Shown one piece after another: positions 54,694-64,000 of a stretch of 64,000 bases of DNA. A model generated the notes under the pieces. It had not been told where the DNA came from. It worked only from the letters and a program-made list of their open reading frames with translations, and searched no databases. Positions within the stretch are counted from its first letter, which is position 1. Every line of letters starts with the position of its first letter. The position numbers and the translations under genes are program-made. The stretch is taken from assembly GCA_012295275.1 (NCBI GenBank), contig CM022671.1, positions 29,388,001 to 29,452,000 on the forward strand, in the 5' to 3' direction. Source of the stretch: Chrysomallon squamiferum (Eukaryota; Animalia; Mollusca).

Positions 54694-57600
54694 ACAGAAA
54701 TATATCAATAATAATATTACTAAAATGTAATTAATAACAAAAACAATATTAATTAATTAAGAAGAAGAAGACATCAGCAAATAAATATATGGGTCATTCC
54801 GTGTCAAATAACCCAATGGTTTAAACCCGACCGTCTCAGATTTTTATGAAACTTGGTATACTTGTTGACTGGGATCCCACAGCACCAAATCTGAAATATT
54901 AGCCCAATCAGATCATGTATGTGCATTTTTAATATCTATATGGCTAAAAAAAAAATATTACACCCAGGAAAAATGTTTTAGTTAACATGTGGGAGAATTG
55001 AAATTTAAAGGTCATCTCAAGATTTGGAATCCTTGTCATTTTGCCTTTCTAACAATACCAATTTTATGAAGATTGGCCCCAGTAGTTGCTGAGATAAGAG
55101 GTTGGTGGTCACACCCCAAAATTTTGGCCATTATCTCCCACTCACTGATTGGGCTAAAATTTCAGATTTGGTGCTGTGGGATCCCAGTCATTGTTTCATA
55201 AAATCTGAGGCAGAACCCATTTTGCCAAACATCAGCAAATAAATATATACCAAAAAAATCTGAGACGGTCGGGTTTAAACAAAGAAAAACAAAGAATACA
55301 AATAGAAATGTAATTTTTTTGAAAATCCAAACTATATATATCTGATTAGACCTTACAGACCTTACAGAAACAGTTAATAGATAAACATCACAACATCAGA
55401 TTTTACTTTCAAAGTAAAATGATACTGGACATCCACTTACTGAATCTGGAACACTTAACTTTCATAATGGAATAAAATAATTTAAAAAAAAAAATCAACT
55501 GATAATAGAAAAAGACCACAAAAATGGATTTTTCTTTTCCAGTTACAGAGTAAAAAGTGAAGGCACATGTTGAATCTGGAACTCTAAACTTACAATATCA
55601 TAATGAATTAGAATAACATAAGTTAATAATAAAAAAAAACATCACAAGAACTGATTTTTCTTTCAGTATTCAAGTAAAAGATGCTGGACTCTTACTTGTT
55701 GAATCTGGAACTGTTTTAATATTTCTATGTGCAGAGCTTGTAAATCTCTGTGACTTTCAGCTCGGAATTCTTCCATTTCTTCATGAATAATACTTCTCAG
55801 GAATTCGGTCTGGAAGACACTAGATTCTAAATGTGAACTGCTGCCATCTCTCTTGCTAGAAGATGAATTCTGTGGGGAAAAGGTAAATAAAATTAATTTT
55901 CATTTTGAAAATAAATCAATTGGAAAAGTTATTTTAGTTCAGCTCCCCACAAACTACAATAATGAACTAACTGATACCAAATATGCACTGTTATGATGAC
56001 TAATGTTAAAACAAATATTCAAGTATTCAAGAGGATATTCAGAATCTACTAAGTGCAAACATTAAAATTAGTTCTTAAATACCACGAATAACCAAAAATG
56101 TAAAAATATTAAAAACAATTAAAAAAAAAAAAAACCCAGAAGAAATATGAACTAATTTATATTTTTATATTTTATTTATAAATTCTTTTAAAACAAAATC
56201 CTCACAAAAAGTACACAACAACCCAGTAAGAGAACAAATTAACAATGGAGAACAACATTTTTGTTAGTTAACTTGTAATAAATGTTCAAAACTGAAAAAA
56301 AATATCAACATTTTTCATGATCTACACAAACGGACAAACCGGATCATTAGTCTTTCTCCACATAGCTTTTAACTTCTCCTGCCTGTTTTCTTTATATGTC
56401 TTTATCACACCTTTTGCCATCTCACGCATATGCAACATTGTTGACTCCTCACTACCACCATCCATGACTGGAGAATTTGCTGTCCAACCACTGCGGGAAC
56501 TTTTAAACTGTCGCGGCGTCACTCTAATTGATGTCTGCTGCTGAGCTTTGTCTGAACTGTGCTGGTCATATCTATTCTCATCAACTGTTTCACCCTCTGC
56601 CCCCTCCCCCTGGTTTGAATGTTCATATACTGACTGGAGTGCTGGAAGACTAGGAGAGGCAGTTACACCTTTAGGGGAATACTCCTTGCTGTATTCTTCA
56701 TATGTACTACCTGTATGTAGGTAAAAAGTCTTTTTTTTTATAGCATTGATATAGGTTAATGCAAATAAAATGCTCATAAATATAAAACACATATTTAAAA
56801 CTAAAAAGATTTTAACAATGCTTAAATATGGAAATATTAAAAATGCAGATTTTCTGAACAGTAGTTTGAATTTAATATAAATATAGACAGACAGACAGAC
56901 ACACACATTTTTTTTTTCACCATCTACAAATAAAGGACTAAATTATCTGAATAAAGTAATCATAAAAAAGTAATCATTTAATTATTTGAAAAGTTTTTAT
57001 TTTAATGAAACTAAGCTTGTGAATAAATGAAAAACTGAAGATCAGTATTAATAAAAAGTTAAAATGCCAAAATTAATTTAAAAAAAATTTGCATGAAAAT
57101 CTTCAAATGATACAATTAGCTGAAAAAAAAAAAGAAAACATTTATTAAAACTGTGTTAGGTGAGAAACTGAGTATTTGTTATACCATACCTATCGCACTA
57201 CTTGCAAGACTGGATTCATAGGGATGTTCAGGTTGAAGTGAAACTGAGCCATTGAAAACCTGGTGATGAGAGTCATGATTAACCTGTTTAAATAACACAG
57301 TATTAGCATCAACTACAACAACAACAACATCATCTTAGTAACAACAATAATAAAGTAATAATAAAAATAAAATAATAATGACAAAAATTTACCAACAATG
57401 ATAATTTTTTTTTAAAACTGATATTAAAATATTTGCTCTTTGACAAGTCCAAAGAAATGCAGCCTTAAGTTAACAAATGTATGAATGTAATTTTAGTTTC
57501 ATTTTAATGTTTATTTTATTTTCCCAGTTACCGTAGTTACAGTCTATCACATAGGTATATGTCAAACTCGTGTGGAAAGCAGTTTTGAGAAACTGGGGAA

Positions 57601-60600
57601 ATCTATTATTATTTCTATTTTTATGATTCAAATTAAAAATAAAACCATATACAAGATCATAAAACGTTTTTAATATAAACCTGAATATTAGTCTGGGAAT
57701 GGTTTACATTGCTGGAGTTGCTGTTGTGTGTGAGATGACTGGAAGCATGCTCCAGCTGATGTTGTAACAATGAAGAGTTTCTTCCCAGTGGTGAAAATAT
57801 ACCTGAAATATTACATCTGTATTAAAATGCCAACATTTACAATACTGTTTTTTAATAATAATAATAACTGTGATAATGATGATAATAATAATAATAATAA
57901 TAATAATGATGATGATGACAGTAATTGTGGTGATGATGATGATGATGATAACAACAATAATAATAATAATAATATTAATGTTGAAAAATATGATTAAGTT
58001 TAGACAAATATCCTGTATCACTTGTTTCAAAATGGTAAAACATCATTATACCAATACAAATGGCTTAAACTAATCTTCAATGTATTTTTATAAATGAATG
58101 AAAACAGAAATATTTCTCTTTCATTTTCAGGTTAACCTTTTTTGAATATGCAATAGCCCTAGACAAACAAACACCAGCTGATAACACTCCAATAAAAACA
58201 AACCTTGTGAAATGTTCTGTAAACTAGTGTTGTAGCCCAGGCTCTTGGAATGATTGTGTATGCTGCTTTGATTTCCCACAGAGTTGTGTATTTCCAGATT
58301 GGAAGACTGGTTCTGGCTGTCACCTACAATAACAAATTAAAATACATTGTATAAAGAAATAAAACGTTTATCCAATATAAATTACATAATATTTTAAAAA
58401 GACAGGGTGTTTTTTTATATATGTATATATGTCTGTTTGTGTACAGATACATACATATACAAAAAGAAAAAAAAATAATTGTTATAAAAAAAATTAATAA
58501 TAAACACACGTTTAGAAAGCAGTGACATCTGCCTAGTTTTTAAAACAACAACACAAAAAACAAACAGCAGAGATGCCTATGGTGATGTGCAAAAGGAACA
58601 AGCATAAATCAATATATGTAAACAGTTATACATACAGCTATACCAATAAAAGAATCACAGTAGTTATATTTTCTCAATATATAATTAAATATACCTTCTC
58701 GAACAGGAGAAAATATTTCTTCTACACTAGCTGAGGTTGTCAGCTGTTCTTCTGTCTGATTTGAGTTAGACGCTGTGGAATCATCTGTAAGCAAATTGAA
58801 ATCAGTAGAAATAAACAGAAATAAATAGGCGATAAAAGATGCATCTTCTTTGAAATAACCCATGGTTAATTTAGTCACACTTTTGCAACAAAACAGATTT
58901 AAATTAGGTCCAAGAGTAACCTGAGTGTATTATTCTGGTTTATTATTATTTTTTTTTTAAATATGTGAAATTTTAAAGACTAGTACATTTATGTTTGATT
59001 GAAGAAATAAATTAATAAAATAAAATAAATTATTCCTCAATTAGAATGAAATACTATTTGATAACTACAAGGTGACCAGTTTTTCTCAGATTTGTCCAGT
59101 CTGTGGGACCAAAGCTCAATATATCACACAAATATTTTTAAAAATAACAATAAACATTAAAGAAAGAAATCGAATACAAATTAATACAGTTTTAAAGTTG
59201 GTTTTCTGCTTTATTCAGGTTTTTCAGGAAGCGAGACTAGTGGTTGGTGACAGCCAGAACCAGTTTTCCAATCTGTATTATTTATCACAGTTTTACTCAG
59301 TTATGAAAAATAAAATCTTTTCCCCCCTATTTATTCAGAAGTATTATGTACTTATGATTTTAGCAGGTTCCTTTTCTGAAACATCTTTAGGAGCAGATGG
59401 CAACTGGCGCCTGTTTGCTTTGTTCACTTTATCACCTGATGTTTCTGGCTGAAAAACAATAATTTTAATTTTAATATTTTGTTTTAAAAACTCCAGCAAC
59501 GCCAAATAAAATAGTTTTGCCTATCTGATCATCTTTAACCAAACTATCCCCAAATTTAAATGCAGTTTCTTTACACAGATTTAAAGATTTATATAAAGTG
59601 ATGTGAATAATTTAAATATAGTTTAATTTGAACTGGATCCAACCTATGTTATTAATAGACAGTGACATCAACATAACAAATTTCGAGAGTTACGTAAACA
59701 TATAAATTCCAAAACACTCCAAAAACAATTAATAAAACTTCAACATTTTACCCAGTAACATTTGGAATGTAATTTTCCCAAAACAAAAATTATATTAATG
59801 GAACTGTAACTTTTAGTTCCTTTGACTTCTAAATAAACAAAATATCTTTCAACGACAACACAACTTTTAAAATGACCAAATAACAAGAACTTTTCAAGAT
59901 TTCCATACCTGATTGAATTTAGAGCCAGGCTGGAATCTTAGTGACTGTACTGAAGACTTGTGTGCAGTGAATGAAGTAATGGGAGTAGAACCAAGACGCA
60001 GATCGTAGACTGTAACCTTTCCTCTTGTTGACCCCACTGCTACGGTTGAACCGTCCTGCATCAGATCTATAGCTGTCAGTGGGCTGTCTGTCTCTATCAC
60101 ATTCAGAGTGCTGTTCAGAAATAAATCTTACTTTTAGAATTCCAAATATTCAAGCCAAATTGCCCCCAAAAAATTGAAATAAAAATAAATAAAAAAAGAA
60201 ATGGAAAAAAAGAAATAAGTAAAAAAAAAGTTAAATAATTGTTTGTTTTTTTTAATTTGAAAAAGTAATATAAAAGTAACAATATAAATATAATTAGTAA
60301 ATATCTTTTTTTTAAATTAAAATTCGACTTTTTTGAACAATTAGTTTCATTTATTAATTAAAAAAATTAAATACATATGTGACATTTAGAATTCTAAGCA
60401 AAAGCATTAAATTAATCACAAAATATAAATATCTAACATACTGATGCAGTAACAAATGGAAAAAACTAAACAAACTATACTTTTCAAAACCACATCATGC
60501 CAGCACCAGGATCAGACTAAATATCCTGCAAACTTAAAGACTTATACTTTTTTTTGCCACAATTATATCACTTCAAAAACTTACACCTTGCTGATCACAT

Positions 60601-61938
60601 CGTAAAGGATCAATCTCTTGTCCAGACCGACGGTCATCATGAGCATTTCATTAAGAGGAGAGAAAACAATTCCTGTGGCAGGTGCTCGGTGGACGTTAGT
60701 AAACATGTGAATGAGACGTCGCGTGTTCGTATCCCAGAAACAGACAGACCCGCTGTCATATACAGCACCCAACAGCGATTTCTTAAACTGAATCTGACGA
60801 ACTGCCTGAAAAATTAAAATGTTTTTTTTTTTAATTCCCAACCATGTCATGTATATAAAAAAACAAAAAAAAAAAAAAAAAAATAAAATTTTAAAAATAA
60901 ATCTATGGCTATTCTTAAATTTCGTTACATATTTTTTTTACATATTTGCAGGAATTTAATAACATACTTATTAAATTTTTATTTAACACCCATGCACTCG
61001 CAATTCAGAAATAAATTAACTTGCTGTTTTCCCTTTCTTTTTTTTTTTTTTTTAAGCTGTGCTTTCAAACAAGTAATGTTATTTTTCAATAAAAGATTGT
61101 TTTCAAACTGTTATTTAACCTGGGTTTTAGGAGCAGTGAGGGCGCTGCTGCTCAGGCCAGAGACAACATTACTGATGATTATTTCCCCCGATTCTGAACC
61201 AGAAGCTATGCAGTTGTCATTCCGATCGAAACACACACTGGTCACAGTGCTTTTGTGATCCTTTAAAAAACAAAAAAAAAAATTAAACAAAATTAGTGAC
61301 AGTCCACATTCTGCAGAACAACCCAATTTAAGAATGCACCTTCTAACTAATGACAAATAATATGACCTAAAAAAAAAACCATATGTATTTGTGACTGTGG
61401 TATTTTAGTTTTGTTCCATTCATTTATGAACGAGTAAAAAAAAATAATAATACATAATCCACAACATAATTTTTTAATATTATCTGTTTTATTTTTCAAT
61501 CATGCATTTTAAAGATCAGAAAATGAACAAAACTGTAATTTATCAAATATCTGTTTAAATCATGCATTGATGTATTTATATCATTTTTAAACAAAACTTC
61601 CCTAAACAGTGTGTGAAAATACATATAATTATTTATCAATAAATATGACAGTTTTTATTTGTTATGTTTAAACCATATATGCTTATGTATTTACTAATTA
61701 ATGTTCATTCAATACACAGGATATATGGCACTCTTGAAACATCTAGTATGATTTAATGAGTTGTAAAAGAAATAAAAAATTTAACAAAAAATGTCACTGT
61801 CAATGACAGTGCCAGGTGTACCTTAAAACATTTCTTAACTTTCTTTGACTTAATATCCCATATTCTCACAGCACCACTAGTTCCTCCTGAAAGCAGATGT
61901 CTTGAATTTGAACTGTACACTACACACGTCTGTCCTTC

Positions 61939-61971
<33 letters not shown>

Positions 61972-63011
61972 ATGAATGTTTGTAAATATACATTACTTAA
62001 GTCAAATTAAAATAATTAAAAAAAAAAATTTGAACTTATTTGAGAATACGTACTCAAGATAATGTAAATTCAGTTCCTCACATAAATTTGAAAATTACAA
62101 ACAACAACAAATTTAATTTATTTATTTATTTATTATTATTTATTTTGGTACAGTGGACTGGGCTTATTTCTTTAAACATGTGAAAAACTGATTCATGAGC
62201 ATGGCTCTATTCCTGGTCTGTTATGGTAATCTACCAAGGGTTTCCAGGTGTTTTTTTTTGGTTTATTTTACAAAAATCCTAAATTTATTTCAAATTCAGA
62301 AATAATAAGTTTTTCTCTTTTTTTGTAGTATTGTTCAATTTTTGGTAGAAAATAGAAATGTAACAATATACAGTTATTATTTTTCAAGCTGTCTATGTAT
62401 CATACGTAGATATCACTTAGAGATGCAGTATTCACACATACCTCACAGTCCAAGCTGACTACAGGAAGACTCGCATTCTTAACACAGGACAATGCAATTT
62501 TATTATCAAGTACAGATGCACTGGCTAGCCAAGTGGCTGAAATAAAGAAAACAATAGATTATTATTGAATAACATGAATAAATAATTTTAAAACATTCTT
62601 TTTATAGCAATAACAATAACATTATTCATTTATGAAAACTCAAAACTGCTAAACATGGCAAAATATTAAAATTTATGATGCACCCTTTTCAATTTATTGG
62701 CCCACAAATATTTAAATCACTCTTTGTAAATTATTTTTGTTTAGAACTGAGAAACATTTCGTGTTAAATATTGGAAACAAAAATGATTTTATGGTGTGAC
62801 AATTTTCCCAGGATAATAAATCCATGTTCCTGAAGTGGGTATGAAATTCAAAAACTGTGAATGCAAGAAACAAAGTATTACCATCTTCACTCCAACTTAA
62901 AGCAGAAACATTCTGGTCATGTGGGTTGTACTGCTTGAAAAGATCAAGAGTCTGAAAATCCCACAGTTTGACATCATCACCAGCTGAAGCAAGTTTCAAA
63001 GATGACATCAT
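54408..63011 (-). CDS. NEDD1: NEDD1 / GCP-WD, gamma-tubulin ring complex targeting factor, ~692 aa; exons 63011-62882, 62536-62442, 61938-61822, 61260-61120, 60805-60585, 60110-59909, 59448-59352, 58784-58695, 58323-58204, 57802-57681, 57283-57190, 56710-56340, 55869-55696, 54512-54408
   Basis: N-terminal WD40s (LASAGDDVKLWD, KDHKSTVTSV...IASGSESGEIII, FKKSLLG, HRAPATGIVFSPLNE, VGLDKRLILYD, PLTAIDLMQDG) and C-terminal coiled coil (HRDLQALHIEILKQF...YSVNRELVAEIERLREENARLKKYF*). Exons sum to 2079 nt. The low-complexity middle exons are less certain. Confidence 0.92.
54592..54690. repeat. (AAT)n directly followed by (ATT)n, a fold-back microsatellite
   Basis: About 13 AAT units, then AG, then an interrupted TTA run. 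Confidence 0.85.
54791..55280. mobile_element. Rearranged non-autonomous DNA transposon (MITE-like) in NEDD1 intron 13
   Basis: Inverted repeats: 54866-54911 vs 55145-55190 (45/46) and 54819-54845 vs 55254-55280 (27/27). GC-richer than the flanks; left end GGGTCATTCC; no ORF. Confidence 0.8.
55380..55712. repeat. Three degenerate ~130-bp tandem copies including the NEDD1 exon 13 3' end and donor
   Basis: TGAATCTGGAAC at 55441, 55571 and 55700, each preceded by GATTTT..TTTC...AGTAAAA. Confidence 0.8.
57853..57975. repeat. Compound (AAT)n/(GAT)n microsatellite in NEDD1 intron 9
   Basis: Direct reading; it explains the spurious poly-I/N/D ORFs here. Confidence 0.9.
59246..59275 (+). repeat. 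Inverted copy (29/30) of the NEDD1 exon 9 start (58295-58324)
   Basis: GGTGACAGCCAGAACCAGTTTTCCAATCTG vs the reverse complement of 58295-58324, GGTGACAGCCAGAACCAGTCTTCCAATCTG. Confidence 0.92.
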
Positions 63012-63270
63012 CTAAAATGTCATTCGTAATCGCCAATGTTCATATTAATTGTAAACTTCAACATTTTTTAAACATTCTGTCTAGTAAATGGAAAAAAAAA
63101 TTCTGAAAAAAAGAAAGAAAAAAGATAAATAAATAAAAAATATAGTATTACCACCACTTAAATAACCACAGAAGGCAAGTACATAAACTTAATAAAAATT
63201 AAAATCCTTATTTATTTTAATGTGCGTTTTATTAAAACCCCAAAATAGTTAAGTGCTTCTTAGTTACTGC

Positions 63271-63272
<2 letters not shown>

Positions 63273-63347
<75 letters not shown>
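63273..63347. repeat. (CA)n microsatellite upstream of the NEDD1 coding start
   Basis: About 75 nt of perfect AC repeats. Confidence 0.97.
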
Positions 63348-63348
<1 letters not shown>

Positions 63349-64000
63349 CTGTTCTCTGTATTACTATATATCGTCCTTTCCATCTGCAGATACTTATTTT
63401 ACACATTCACATGATTCAGTTTATAATTTATTTATAAATGTTGGTTTCTGAGGACAAGAATAACAAGTGATATGGAATTTGGATATTCTTTTACTTTTTT
63501 TTATATAGTTAACACTGTTGCAATCAATATAATGACAAAATTAAAAGTATATTACTCTTCAATTCAAACACGAAACAGCTTAATATATATTATATATTAT
63601 TAGGATACTTACTAAGTTACTTCAAACTAGGATAATTAACGCACAGATTTATAAATTACTGAAGTATAATCATTTACAAAATTTTCAATATTTAAAAACT
63701 ATTTTGTTTATTTTATAATATAAAAAAGATTATGAATGCAATGGATCATAGTGGATGGCAATGCTAACATACTACATATACATGATATAGCCATGATCAT
63801 AACTACTTAAACTACATAAATGATATTGATAAGGTACACACATAAGCAAAGTTGTTCTATCTTCTGATGTACTCCTTTCTAAAGTCATTTCTGAGCACTT
63901 GAATATTAACTTCTTACATTATATATTATAATGAAAATACTTTGAAAAAAAATATATATACAATGTATATAATCAAATATAATTAGATAATAATTTTGTA

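Noticed and set aside
57704-58073. Poly-I/N/D/M ORFs
   Set aside because: Translations of (AAT)/(GAT) microsatellites; only 57802-57681 is a real exon.
62537-62881. U12 status for the first NEDD1 coding intron
   Set aside because: Donor GTAATACTTT lacks the ATCC core, and the acceptor is an ordinary pyrimidine tract with no CCTTAAC branch site.

Overview
AT-rich, intron-rich animal genomic DNA. It is probably an invertebrate, possibly a mollusc, judged only from weak SINE-like remnants. Five spliced protein-coding genes were rebuilt by hand from splice sites and reading frames: Rap1 (+, 6 coding exons, 184 aa), RAD54L2/ARIP4 SNF2 helicase (-, 21 exons, ~2178 aa), IFT122 (+, 28 exons, ~1190 aa), NUDT5 (+, 10 exons, ~220 aa) and NEDD1 (-, 14 exons, ~692 aa). 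RAD54L2 and IFT122 are head-to-head. No tRNA, rRNA, CRISPR or prokaryotic system was seen. The most notable signals are: two U12-type (minor spliceosome) introns in IFT122; a 30-nt antisense copy of the NEDD1 exon 9 start in intron 7, which could loop out the exon carrying the conserved FSP(V/I)R CDK site; a frame-symmetric 2-kb RAD54L2 exon with ~40 SQ-rich heptad repeats; a 9-nt NUDT5 micro-exon; a Rap1 3'UTR intron; CTCF-like motifs at both promoters flanking IFT122; and a rearranged inverted-repeat transposon with repair footprints. All gene models are manual and have no transcript evidence. Comparisons with human proteins are from memory.
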